Positions 39,801-53,392 of a stretch of 64,000 nucleotides of DNA are shown piece by piece. Position 1 is the first letter of the stretch. Each line of letters begins with the position of its first letter. Source of the DNA: Balanoglossus misakiensis (taxonomy: Eukaryota > Animalia > Hemichordata). Location: contig CM082590.2 in assembly GCA_040954595.2 (NCBI GenBank), forward strand, positions 10,690,088-10,754,087, in the 5' to 3' direction. The notes beneath the pieces were generated by a model. The model made no database searches, was not told where the DNA came from, and saw only the letters and a program-made list of their open reading frames with translations. The position numbers and the translations under genes were made by a program.

Positions 39801-41820
39801 TTGTGGATAGGATCTTCCATTTATATATTCATGGGGTGTGAAGGTACAAAAATGAGAGAGAATAATCTAAAGTTGCCTTGAGCAAAATATGAGAAATGTT
39901 TAAGACTTTAATTTTCGAGGCACTTACTACTTTAACATTTAAACTTGTATATCAATGTTCTTAGCGGAGAAAGAATATAGACTTTGAAAGGATTCGTAAT
40001 TGGCGATGGCGAGAATGATTTTGTGTAGTGAAAGGCACAAGCATCTTTACAAAGCAAACTCATTAACAGTGAACAGTTGCAATCGTTCTTGCATCTTACA
40101 CAGTTTTAGAACCTTTAATAGCATAGGTGCGGCTGAAAAGCGAACAAATGTGTGGTTTCTTACACATCGGGTTCTTTGGTGGCGCGAACTGGCTTTGGAT
40201 CTCAGAGAGTTGATCAGTTTTCCCTGTACAATTAATATTACCAACCGATTAAAATATTGATTATAAAATGTTATTTAAATCCATTTTTGACAAACAGTAA
40301 TTTTGTGCATGAATTTCTTGAGGTCATAGCAATGTCTCATGCGTCTTAATCATATTGAATGACCCATTCCACGTAATTCCTTTCATGAATCGTCTGAAAT
40401 GTCATTTAGAAAGAGATGTTAACAAAATGTCTTGGCTGTAAAAATCTTTCGAAATTTGTATACATAAAGACGTATTCGACAACTGCGTATGCATAGAGAA
40501 ACGGAAAAAGTGATAATATTCGACATAACTTCATCTAATTATCCATCCATCCATCCATCCATCCATCCATCCATTCAGATACATACTTGTCAATAAATGT
40601 TGTTAGCGGTTATAATGCGACAAGTTAGGTTTGATATAAATGTTAGCGTTCATGTGATAATGTTTGTAACTTTAAACACGTTCGCTTAAACAGTTTGATC
40701 AGTTAGTTTGTATAAATGTAACATTATTTTATAACGATCAAATTGTAAACGCCCAACAAAAATAACATTTGAAACTCAACAAAAATATCAAAAAAGAATC
40801 AAGTTTTATAGCTAACAGGGGTTTAATCACAAACTTACCTAGCTGTCGACTATAAACACCATTTTCATCGAACGACCTTCTCTCTCGTTGGAGAAGATCA
40901 TCCCGAGGCGCATTGATTTGTAAATTTCTCAGGTCCTGTGAAGATGTCAACATGTAATCCGTAACTCAGGCCGGTCACTCGACACCTCAAAACTCATGAC
41001 GTCACGCAGCTCAAAACTCATGACGTCACGAATAGTGGTGGATGGTGCGTTGTGTACGTGCTTACGGAGACATATGCAGTGACTGTGGTCAGGTGGTACG
41101 GTTGCAGTTTTGTTAATTTGATCTTGCAAGTGCGTGTGACCTTTTTTGTGAAGATTAGAGTGCATGGTTATCTACGGTGATTCTATATGCACTTGTGCGC
41201 GTGTTCGGTCACGTGATTTTTTAGGTGCGCAGGTGATGATGACGTAACAGCAGTCCACAACATTCGTTTTTGGTTAGTTTTCTTAGTTCTCGATATCTCT
41301 TGTCTGTGCCGTTGGTGTGGCAGTAATCATTGTCCGCCCCCAACGCCCCACACTGCGTGCAATTCAGGACAAACACGTCTCCCAGGATCATCTTTTGCAG
41401 AGGCGTTCTATTTTGTCGGCAAATGACTGCCAAATATGCGCAACCCTCACGCGTTGTCATATGCGCTCTAAAAACAGATTCTATTGAGACGTTACTTTTG
41501 CCGGAATTCGAAAGCAATTTTCTCGGAAGGCGTTTAACTAAAATATCAGTTGGTATGGTTAAAAGGTACTGTGAATGCATACACCACAATCATCAGTATT
41601 ACTACTGTAATTTAGTGACATCGTCAGTCGCAACAAACCTTCTTGAGTGGGGAGCTAGGAGGAAGAGGTATGGGAGAAAGAGTTTGAGAAAGGCAGAGAT
41701 AGGGGGAGAGGAGAGAGAGCCGCCCTCTAGATAGATAGATAGAGAGAGAGGGGGGGAGAGAGAGAGAGAGGGGGGGAGAGAGAGAGAGAGAGGGAGGGAG
41801 AGAGAGAGAGGGAGGGAGAC

Positions 41821-41853
<33 letters not shown>

Positions 41854-44800
41854 AAGCTTAGAGAGATGAGACAGAGGGGGATAGTTCCCTAAATGCTCGC
41901 TGTTACGATATTTCCTGAGAGTCATTATTATCGACATCGCAGTAAAATTGAGAATTATTTGTATCGATCATCCGGTCAACTCACATCCTGCATTAAGTAG
42001 AAATCAAAGAACGCGAGAGCTGTCGGCGTCGATAATTTCTTTAATTTTGTCCTCTGTAGGGGGCGGTGGTTCCTTTCAAATGATTAGATGGAAGGTTACT
42101 GCAGGTTAATCGTAGGTAATCCAAAGTAATAGAATCGTGTGTTACATACAGAGACAGGAACTATGTACAATCAAAGCTAATTGTATCCTCTAAGGTACCT
42201 TCAGATATCCACATATCAACTGTCACAGTTAGTCACTCCCAATATTCTGCCTGCATTTTCTGAAACATCGTCCTCAGATACACACGTTTACGTTTTGGAA
42301 GATTGTTTAATGGTAAAGAATAGTGTTATCGCTTATTTTTGTTCTCGTTGGTTTTTGAAAAAGATAGCGCTTGAATACCACATAATATGTGGAAAAGCTA
42401 TATTCAATTTGATGACAGGAAATTGCTATCTGAAACGTTTATTGAACTCTGCCAGATGTAGACGTTTCATGGTTAGAATTTTACGCGTGAATAGAGATTT
42501 TTTCTTTTCATTGTGTCAACAGTTTCATTTTTCATCGTATGAAACTATACTTCTGCAGTAGAAGTTGAAAATGTTGAAGGTTTGGATATAACTTTGGATT
42601 CGTTATGTTTTATGTTACGTCATGTGATATTCGGTGACATTTAGTAGAAAGTCGTTATTGATTTCCAATGATGACACAAATACTGAATCGTTAAAGAGAC
42701 TCATTTGGGAAATAGAATTCCACAAATGTCAAGTGCTTTTAATATTGATGAAATCACGTGATTAAAAGGTTCCCGGATGTGGTATTTCCAGTCTCAGCTA
42801 TAGTGGAGAAAACGTGATTGCGAAACGGTGTCTGAACTTAAAGTAGAAATTATCCACGATAATTGAAGAAGGGTTGACTGACACAGCATTTCTTTGTACC
42901 AGTAACATTTATTAATCGACTTATCCACCAAAGTGTTGAGGCAATTTTCTTTGTATCAAACTGAGCATGCAATCTCCATTGTGGTGTGTCGTGACTAGGC
43001 CGAGGCAATTAAGAAAATGCATTTTGCCGAAAAGGTTATTTGAGTTCCAAAAGTTTTTTTGGGGAAAAGTTCGTTATTGCCTAAAACATGTAATGTAGAA
43101 TAACACTGCCTATGTTCACACGTGACAAGGCAGTCACGTTGTGGCGAATTACTTAGACCGCACATTGAGACACTTTGTGTAGGCGCATCCATGGTTCCAT
43201 CTACCGGCAGAAATCAGGGGTATATATTTGAATAGACTGTCATTGGCTCTCATTCTGAGATGCAGCCAGGCAAAACAGCAAGACTTAACGCCCACGGGTC
43301 CAACCCTCCCGGCATACAATGCGGCATTTGAAGTAACAACATGTGTTCTTTTGTTAATTATTGTGTGGGTCGTTTGCACCGACTTTAAGCAACATAGGCT
43401 TCTGGAAAATGTTTTAAAATGACCCCGACTTTTTGCAGAGGGGACGTTCTATCTACGGTTTCACCATATATACAGACTGCGCATGCTCGGGAATGGGACA
43501 CTTGTTCGTCAAAACGCAGGGTCTATTGTTTAGTCAGGAAAACATTAAATTTCAAGCAGTATATAATCCTCCTTATCACGTAAGTAGAGATGAGGCCATT
43601 TTCTAACGAAGGGGAAAGTTTGAAGATTTTGACTGAGCAGGTTTATATCTTCACAGTAAATATAAAATGTCGACCGCTTTTGAGTACTTTCCACCGCTGT
43701 CTTTCTTTTAGTTTTGCACTTCGCCCAGTCGAATCTTGTCCAGATGGACGGGTTTGTTGGTTGTGTCCACTTTACTCCATCTACCACTTGTGAACACAGA
43801 GCCGCTGTTGCCTTTTGGCGATGGAAAACTAAGATATCATCTGATAAGTCAATGTGCCTCGGTGGAAGCCAAAGAAAGAGCAAAGCAAAAGTCAACAATT
43901 TCCGTTATACCTGGCGGATAAACACGTTTAGTAACCGTAACTACTCAATTGTTCACCTTAGTAAGACAATGACGTCATTATGAAAAATATTCGGGTGAGT
44001 GACGTGCATTTCCTCAAGAAATGTCTTAGATAAAGCCCTTCAGTGATAAAAGTGAAAATGAATTTTTATGGGAATAATACGTTGCCTAAACCCTAGTTCG
44101 GTGTAGTCAGGATTCGAGCTTAACCTGTGTATGAATCGACAATAAGTTGTTAACAGTCATAAGTATTTTCTTATTAAATGGATGTACTTTTCACTTGCAA
44201 TTAAACCTCACGGTATATTCAGCACGTATCTGGTTACTTGGGTATTTATTGGGTCTGTGTACAGCCACGTTTTGATAGTAGAAACAGATTCCTTGCATAT
44301 AAATTTAAGTGAAACGTTCATTTAAAAGTATCATAGTTCCTTTTCATTGAAGTGGTACTGTAGCCAGTCGTGCAAATGTAAAACAAATCTTCTCACAAGA
44401 AGTAGCGAAGCAGATTCGTGCAATGAAGACGATTAGAAGCGAACACACGGAAATCAAATTGTGAGATTTCACCACGAGGTGTTTGTGTGAAGGATATCAA
44501 AATAATTGTCATGAATTTCATTCCCCTTTTCTTTATTGAACGTTGTTACATTTGGAAAGCTGTTGCACTGAATAATTGGTCACCTGTGATGTGCGTGTTT
44601 CCACAACAACTGTCCCTGCCAAACTTTTATCGACAAAACAACAAAACAATTATACTAAGTGTACTCCTAATCTCCCATGCAATAAAAATGTTTATCAAAC
44701 GACGAATCCCCCCCCCCAAAAAAAGCACAGCAGTTGATCCTACTGTATATCAAACAATGTCATTGGAGAGTTTCAGCCTTGGAAATACTAAACTCTGGAG

Positions 44801-47800
44801 AAATGGCACTCAAATTATCGACGCTGTTCTGTAAAACAGAGTTGAGTTTTTCCTTGTGCTCGGCGTGGTACAAACGCGATGAGTCAGGCATCAAGCTGGT
44901 TTTAGTATTGTATATCCGGTGGTAGTGTTTTGCGAAATCACGAGTCTGAATACTTTAATTCGCGTACGAATTGACACCCACTGTTTACCTGCCTGTATTT
45001 GATTATTGTCATGTTTTGATCAGCCTTGTTGGACCGTATGACGCTCTCAGGTCTGACTGGCTTTTCTGGGTGACAGCGGAAATGGAAACAAGATGATTCT
45101 GTCTTTGATAAGAGATGCGTCATGGCTGTCCTTGGAAAATTTTAAATTCGGGATTTCAATCCCTGGGCACTTAATGCGATAAATCGTTTTCTCTGGAGGA
45201 TTACTGGTAGAATGCATTGGGGATCGTTTGTACAACTGTTGTACTTCACTCTTGGCCCAACGGTAGAGAAATATGCTTGGAACACATTGTTCATTTTCTG
45301 AATAAGGACTAATCAGTTTTTGCAAATCATGCATACATATTGAAGAGTTGTTTAGGGGGCATCTTCATTTCTCATGTTTCCATAGATAACATACACAGAT
45401 AACTTGCAACTTTAACATTTCCTTTACAAATCCGCGTCGGAGTTAACAAAAAGTCCCAAGGACATAAATCTCTATGTTTTCATCTTATGGCTAATCATTA
45501 TGCCCAATAATTTTGTTCTGTGTATAAAAAGACGTTTTGCACATAAGATGTACAATAAGTGGGATTATCAAAGTTTGTATTCTGATAGCTAAGCAAGAAA
45601 AATGATGACATCGTTGTTTGCGATAATTTGACATCCCTCCCTTAGTCATGCCGCGTAATTGCCGAAGGAAACTTCTGCGAATTTACAATACATTGGACCC
45701 CAAAACGGATTAGCCGTGTTTGCCTACCTAGAGAGGAATTCTGCTTTTAGCTGTAGCTTTGACTTGACATTTAGATGTCGTTAGACACGATGATTTGTAG
45801 ATTAGCGGATTAAATGACACTTAATCTCTACTTGAACTCCACCTGACATTTTTCTGACATTTGTCGTACGTGCAAATTCATTTTTTTTCTCTTCTACACA
45901 AAATCAAGGCCAACACGTATCGCATGACACGCTTCAACAATACCAAAGCTTTTAAGGAGGTCTAAAATGTTTTCGCACTACATGTGTTAAGTTACAACCT
46001 TCTTCTTTCATTTTAATGAACAGGGAAGTGATTGGCAAAACAACCACCATTAAATTGTCAGGTGTGAGGACATTGAATTTATTTACCAACGGGAATCCGG
46101 GGGAGTGCCGAAGGATATGTCCCCCACCCCCTCCATGATCAGAATCCGAAAAATGCCCCTTTCCTGAAAGAAAAGCGACAGGAAATCCCTAACTACGTAT
46201 TTTGAAAAGTCGTGCGTCGTTGAGGAAGTAAAAAGTACGCTGTAATGATTCCTCAAGAAGATTCTCTCGTCAAGTTGACCAAAAGTGTCATAAAACGTAT
46301 ATCTCCATCTTGTCCGGCTTTTACGGAAACCTCGCTCAATTTGCAGGTATCGATTGAATGAAGAAAACATCTCAAAAACACCTCTTTGCACGACGCATGC
46401 GTCAATGATTTAATGACCCTTTCCTAAAATCAGATTTGTTTCATGGCTTATCCATATCCAATATAACAGTACGAGCATGATATTGTCATGGGAAATATAC
46501 CTTTGATTTCAGCCCCGAATTGCCCAAGAGAACATTAAAACATTTTCTTTTCTCAAATCAATAACCTCTTATCGAATTATCAAGCAAATATTTGGTCAGA
46601 CAACCGAATCTCAAATGAACGTGGTGATTATCATAAAAAAGCACAACGTCACTTTGACGTTGCTGAAAGATGATTCAATTAAAACTCGATGAACAAACTC
46701 ATTATCTTTGATCTCTGGTTAACCAGAATGACATTTGAAGTGAATAAGTTTAGAAGTCATCAATATTGAGAGCTCATAAAATCTAATTCGATTAATGGAT
46801 TCAAACGCCTACGTACTAATTGAAATCATCCCGTCCAAAAAGATTCGCTGAAAATCTTTACAGACTCTTGGTTTTATCTGATATCTGATGAACTCTTTTT
46901 AGTCAACACCGAAAGGAACTAATGTTGTCCTATGTCAGAAACAAAATGTTCGGTATATTCCATATCGATGTTCAAATTATTGTAATACTAACAAGAAACC
47001 ACGGATAACGTAACGCATCTTTGCTGTGTTAAGTTTTTGCACTTGCGCAAGAAATTTACAGTGGTATAGAAAAGTTTGGTGGGATTACTGAAAATAAAAC
47101 TATCGAATTGTTGCCGTGACTTTAGCTTTGATAATCTAGGACCCTCACAAGTCTGATTGTAGAAAATAATAGAATCTTTCTTTAAAACTATCACTTTTCC
47201 GAAGATGCTGTCCCAGAATACATCATTTGCGCCTTTGAGTACTCGTCGTTAAATTATGCTAGAGGGTTTTCCAGTGAAATATCATTAGTAGCCAGGTTAG
47301 TAATGAGCGATTTAATGAGCGTGTTATTTTAGTGCAGTAATTACCATTGAAAGTCAATTAATTTATATCACGGCTATTTCATCTTTTACCTTTTACCACT
47401 CACAACCCCGCCTCCGCTCAACTTTCGAGCGAAATCCACCTACGTGCAACGACAATGCATGTTCTGTTGTCAAATATGTTCCTAAACAAATCGTAATTTG
47501 GCTAAGTATTTTGAATCGGTCGCAGTGGGTTTATCGGACACTGAGAACAAGGGTACATGGAAATTAAGGTACTGATCATTGCTTCCAAGATGGTTTTGGA
47601 GCGGACATCGAAACTACATGTATGCCTATATTACTACACTGAAGAACATTTATGTTAATTTAACCGAAAAGTCAACTAGTATAGATTTACTCCCAGTGGA
47701 CGCTCTTTTTTTACGGTAAAACGGTGAAAGAATACGTTTAAAGCATTTTGGCTTGGGAGTTCTTTTTATCATTATCTCTCAGTGCGTTTGAAGTCGCTTT

Positions 47801-48579
47801 TCACTATTTTCGACTTGCAAGGTCCAACGCAACGTGGTGATGAGATATACAAAACACGTGACGCGCGTTTTTAATCTCAGTCGCGCGTTTCAACTCCCAT
47901 GACCGCGAGATTCGACATTGAAAGAAAATATGAAACCGTCACAGCGCGTATCAGCATATTTCTCCTGACACCAGCGCCAAGTGGCCGGTCATTGACTTTG
48001 ACGACTTTGGAACACGCCTAGTAGTAGTATACCTTGTGGACGCGCTTAATAAGATAATGTCAACTTCAAAAGCAGCGTGCGCGCGTGTGGTTAATTGCGT
48101 GATTTGTGACGCGACAGACGTGCTCGTGTGTGTAGTACGTGTGAAAAACACAACAGTGTTTGCGTGTGCGTGTGTTGCCAGTGTTGGGTGATCACTGAAA
48201 GTTTATCTGGTGACCGTGTTTCTCTGTTGACAGCAGTCATGCTTATACACACAGTGGATGTACAAGGCGATGAGGTTAGACTGACGTCAGACTTTTTATC
48301 AACAAAAAGCGGGTTTATTTTTGTAAACTACCTTGAGAAGAGATGTGCGCTCGGTGCGTGCAATTCTAAAATATGTGTTAACAGGGAGACCTGCATAGAG
48401 AATTGTGTTCTTAAACTCATAACTGTTTCCTTACTTTTCCTACGAGTCTAAACAACTCTCACCAAAGTAAGACAAAATACCAACAACGACAAAAGAATGA
48501 GACTTACCTGGTACGGGGCAGACAGCGACAAGCTTAAACAAGAACATATCATGCAGGCCAGAGGCAGATATTTCACCAT
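36881..48579 (-). CDS. CRHBP: Corticotropin-releasing factor-binding protein, unit/paralog 1; 7 exons, 379 aa
   Basis: Exons 48579-48508 (signal peptide MVKYLPLACMICSCLSLSLSAPYQ), 40935-40839 (furin-like RERR), 38853-38696 (DCIDMLAVEGEF..ALPDEEVMLEFEDFNVSC), 38530-38320 (FIDGW..FP..DH..FCG..SQNVAQ), 37860-37715, 37469-37148, 37014-36881 (CIDSVVRLVSSGNHDNHVTFEY..TGA). Total 1140 nt, all GT-AG, with a 7-exon layout like vertebrate CRHBP. Confidence 0.93.
40541..40573. repeat. (ATCC)n microsatellite
   Basis: Directly visible. Confidence 0.9.
40986..41030. promoter_or_regulatory. 24-bp tandem duplication carrying two perfect CRE palindromes in CRF-BP unit 1 intron 1
   Basis: CTCAAAACTCATGACGTCACG at 40986 and 41010. 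Confidence 0.6.
41701..41880. repeat. GA-rich polypurine microsatellite
   Basis: Directly visible (GA)n/(GGGA)n tract. Confidence 0.95.
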
Positions 48580-48699
48580 CGTGATTGTATATTTGAAAGC
48601 CAGAGACGACAGTTAGTCAGGAAAAAGTTGATTTAGGATGAATCAAAGCTGTATGACAAGACTTGGCTACCTGGCGGCGTTTACAGATCTGAATCATAA

Positions 48700-48790
48700 G
48701 CAGTCGTTGTTCGAAGCTTTTATCTTCGAAGAAAAACGAACGCAATGAGTACGCGCATGCGCGGTTTCGCGCTACCCTCCCCGGCCCCAG
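48700..48790 (-). promoter_or_regulatory. Putative CRF-BP unit 1 promoter
   Basis: NRF1-type palindrome CGCGCATGCGCG (about 48752-48763) and a GATAAAA TATA-like box on the minus strand (about 48718-48724), 140-180 bp upstream of the ATG. Confidence 0.45.
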
Positions 48791-50072
48791 GCGAGCTTGT
48801 TCATGTTGTTTCCACGTACAAGCTTGTTAAAGAACAATTACGCCCGGGGAAAGTGAAATGACATCTGAAAATGCTGTCTTAGAAGGATTTAGTGCCGTCG
48901 GCGCGAAATAAGAGGACATGCTTTGTCTTGTTTCTCGTCCGTTTGCCGAAAATGTCTTAAAACCTGCGTGCTTTTTTTTAGATCTTTTCCAGCTATGATC
49001 GTACAGTATTACTATACCGACGCGTCATTGTATAGCGCATTTCACGTTGTGCGTTTCAGGCAAATCTTGAAAGTGCCCTTGTTGGGTCAGGTTACTGCCA
49101 TAAAACTCCCTCGCCAACTTCTGTAACTTTTATCTGACAATACGTTAACATTAAGCGTCCACGTGACCGCGTAATGATCCAGAAGTCACCAATTTCCGGC
49201 ACAATTTTGTTTCAATGAGTCTGATTTTCTGTAAATCGTTTTACAGCCTCGATTCACACCCCGCACGTGGACGTACCATGTGACTATTTCTTTGAACCAC
49301 CTTTGCCTTTAACCTCAGCATTGACAAAACTCGCTGGAAATAAGCGAGTTAGCGGATAGGTAAACGTATTAATATCAACAGGCCAAAACTGTTAAATATT
49401 ACGCGTAAAACAATTCTTTGGCGGCAGATAAAATGACTATAGTTTTGTGACGAGAAATTGAGTATTCATTTCTTTCCATCTCCAGCACCTGTTAACGTGC
49501 GATGATGCGGAAGCCAGCGGATATGCGCCCACAAGAGCGGATATCTCAGTCACGGTACAAAATGTTGTTATTTCAGAATCTGTGGATAGTACATGCTCGC
49601 GGCTTCCACCCTATGTACATGCATGGAGATCATGTTTTGTAGGGATCATGTTTTAGATAGACAAGCCAGGGTTGGACACGCATGCGTGGACTTTTGACAG
49701 GTGCATCGCGCGACTGTCGGGTCGTTGCGCTGAATCGGTGTCGGGTCTTTCGGCCATCGGAGGTCGTACAACGTCCTCATCAGCGGCCTACTTCTTTGGA
49801 AACAAGATCACGGTTCTGAAATCGGTGCAAACGTTAACAGAGTTGACATTTGGCGTCATCTAAATGATGTGATCTAGATGTTGTGATCTTATGAAATGTG
49901 TTTCTGGTATTCGCAGTTTTGCAATTATAGAACACTCTCGACTTTTACTTTGTTTCATGGGTCAAAGCTGTTGTATCTGTTCCATATACTTTGCAAATCT
50001 GTTCTATCTTATCGAAAGGTTATATCTTATCAATGTTTCATGTTCACTATTCCACGTTTTCTCGTGTCCGAG

Positions 50073-50160
50073 GGGACAGAAAGAGAGAGGGAGAGAGAGA
50101 GAGAGAGGAGGGGAGAGAGAGACAGACAGGCAGACAAAGAGAGAGAAAGACAAACAGACA
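50073..50160. repeat. (GA)n/(GACA)n microsatellite
   Basis: Directly visible. Confidence 0.9.
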
Positions 50161-51817
50161 CAACGATGAAAGGGCCAACAAACTTGCCGATAAAACACAT
50201 TATCAACGTGAAAGAATCCTTGATATTTGACCTGAAACTTCCCCCTACAACGAAATATCGACAACTCCCGTTTTACAAGAATGTTGTTTCTGATTTCAGT
50301 ATCGATGATATATAAACGACATTGAGGGTCACGTGCTGATATTTGAGTATGACGTTAACGTTTTCCTCACGCGATCAATCTTCAGGTTGTGTTCCCAATG
50401 ACGTCTTTGAACCTGGAACGTTCTCCGCAGCATGTTCGATCTGGCAAGGATTCAGTTTTCCGTCTTGTTAAAAATAATACGGTAAAGGTTCGCTGTGTCT
50501 TGGTTATTTGGTGTCTTGGTTTGACGTGTAATTCTAGTCCAGCTGGGGTAATGTCACGGGGCTTGTACGGCTGGTGCCATATTGCTCGCGAGTGACTCTT
50601 ATAGCAACGGTGGGGGAGGGGTGAGTGAGAGACAGGGAGAGACACACACGCACGCACAACTTAAACAGAGCTGAGAAAGACAGGCAGAGACAGAGACAGA
50701 GAGAAATGAAAGAAAGAAAGAAAACCCAATGAGGGTGAGTGAGAAGTAGAGGTGAAGAGACGGAGAAAGAGAAAAATCATCGTCCTAGTTGCACGAATTC
50801 TGGTTTCCAGCTATACTTCTACAGCTTTCTGTAAATGTAACGGTAAATGGAAATGAATTTTACTGAGAATTAGAACGATGAGAAGAATGTTCGCGTGAAG
50901 TTGAAGGATCTCTGGCTGGGGGCGCTGTTAGGGGAGGACCGCGTTTGATTTCTGGGGAGGCGGGGGGGGGGGGGAGGATTTGAGTATGCATGCCTGCAGA
51001 GTTTGTCAGGCCCTGTTACGGTATTTTCTTTTGCCAGTCCTTTTTCTCAAGGCATTGCAGAAGAGTTTTTCCCTCTGCGACATCAGCCAACAATTCCCCA
51101 AAATTCCCCCACCCTCTTCAGAAATCAAATGCCCCCCCCCCCTAATCGAAGTTGCAACAGGTGGATAATAAAAATACATGTAATGCGACACCGTCGTTTC
51201 AAGCGAGCGGAAAAACGACCTCAGGCTGTGAACGTGTACTTTGAATTGTAAACTTGTATGAAAGAACCACCAGAGGGCGAATCTTCCCAATTTGCTAGTG
51301 GAAAATGTGGTCCCCGAGGAACACTTTTGAGTTTTTTCCGTGGAAAGCGAGAACTAGTTCAAAAAGATATGTCAGGAATCTGGATTGTTTCGTCTGCAAT
51401 GCCTACTGCGAGTACGAAGCTAAAGGCGTCGATCGTTCTGAAGAGTCGGAGACATTAATTTTGATGATTACTTTAAAACTTTGCAACTTAATTGTCGACC
51501 GGGCAACCGTGCTGTTTTACAATGGCACCCAGAAAAGACGGGAACTTACTATTACCAGGTATAGACATGTCAAATGATCTTTAATGTCGCCCTCACCGAG
51601 TTTTTTCGGGCTGCCAGTCCAGCTTTTTTCCTCAAGGCATGGCAGCAGAAAAATGTTTAAAAAAAACTATGAATGTCGCTGTGCCTGTCGATAAGGAATG
51701 GAACTTTATGTGATTAGCGTCACGTCGCGGACGCGCATGTCAGTATTCTTCGCTATCAAATGACGTCAGACGCACTCAGGCGGCAGTTACGTATCTTACC
51801 GAGCGAGACGAGACCTG

Positions 51818-52044
51818 AAGATTCCCTATCTCACTGATAGAAGATTTAGATGCAACACGTACGCTCACAAACATTTCTTTGACTTCTGAAAATAAAAAAT
51901 GATCGACAACTTTATTTATTGTAAAAGAAGGTTAATTTTTTCTCGTGGGATTGATACTGATGTTTTCCATGCCGAAAAAAACAGTAACTTTTCTATCATT
52001 ATCAGAATAAGACTAAATTAAATTAAAGTAAGATAGGGAATCTT
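51818..52044. mobile_element. MITE-like element with 14-bp terminal inverted repeats
   Basis: AAGATTCCCTATCT (51818-51831) and AGATAGGGAATCTT (52031-52044) flank an AT-rich core. Confidence 0.55.
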
Positions 52045-53392
52045 TTAGTGTCTTTTCGGTCGGTCCGGATTTCAAACAACGCAGAGCAGTAATTCTGAGG
52101 TGAGTAATATTGTGTGAACCACGACAAGGGAAACTCTGGGGCGCGTTCGACGAGCTAAGCATTTTGTGAATGCTTGTGCAGGGCGCTTATTAGTCTTGCT
52201 CCAAGACTGTGTGATTGTTTACTACATGTATCAATCGCATGTTCTGGCCATGTTACCAAACGGCGTTGTCATTTCCAGGTGATGGGCAAGCAATATTTCG
52301 GCATCCATTAAATGTTTTTCCGAATATGTTTTTACTATTTTATTACTATTGTAATTGCTGACATTTTTCTTCTTTATTCTTGAGTCGTTTTTTTGCTCAC
52401 CTGCCGTACCTCAGTGCTCTTCTGAAACTTGGCACAGACGTTGGGTGCCAATGTAGTGCATGGAACCTTTGCACGTGACCTGGTAGCTAGATCTGATCGA
52501 CATTTTCAAAATGACCTAATTTGCATATGAAGTGTGGTATTGAAATTCTTTTCTCGAACATTGTAGACCATATGACCAAGATCCTGTGTGCCAAATGTCA
52601 AGGTCCTAGGCCATGTCAGTTTTGAGAAGATTTTTATAATATTTTTTATTTTGGCCTATATATACTTTCTATAGTTAAGCTCAGGACACCTATGATTTTT
52701 GATTTATGCCCAATAGCTCAGAATCTGTTGGGCTGATCAACTTCAAATTTGGTGTGCAGGTACCCTACCTTCTAACAATCATTTTCAGCCCGAAAAATAT
52801 GAAAATCAACTGATTTTTTTATTAATATTTTTATCAGATTTATCCCTACACTTATACCTCTAGAGTTAAGCTATGTCAACATCTTATTGTGGCACTGTGT
52901 AATGGTCCTGGACAGCGACTGACTATTGGCCAGTGTGCACCATGGGTCCTAGCTGCAATAATTGTAGCCCTGGTGGGTTGGTTAATCGCTGACGGCTCCA
53001 CCAGGGCTACAAGGCGTTCCTATACTTTTGTACGTAAAAGTGCACTGAGGATCCGCAGTGCGCGGACAAGGCAAACTCTTGGGCCCATCAGCAGCGAATA
53101 TCGCCTTACCGTTTGAAAATATAACCATAATCCTGCTCCCGGATAATGTTAGCAGCGTTGTAACCCCATATCGACGGACAAATGTACTCATTGCAGCTGA
53201 AAAATGACAGTTTAATCACTCGGACACAAAGATGTCACCGCCATTTTGTCTCGTATATATCTCGCAGTAATTAAAGAGGGAACTGGGGTGAAAGGGTTTA
53301 TGATTCATGAAGCATTTGATGTTCTCAATCACAGTTTGAAACCAATATTTTGTCTTACAAAACAAACACACATGTGTGATTCCCAGCCCTTT

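Noticed and set aside
51823-51841. tetO-like TCCCTATC..TGATAGA suggesting vector contamination
   Set aside because: The spacing differs from tetO and the sequence is part of a MITE terminal inverted repeat.
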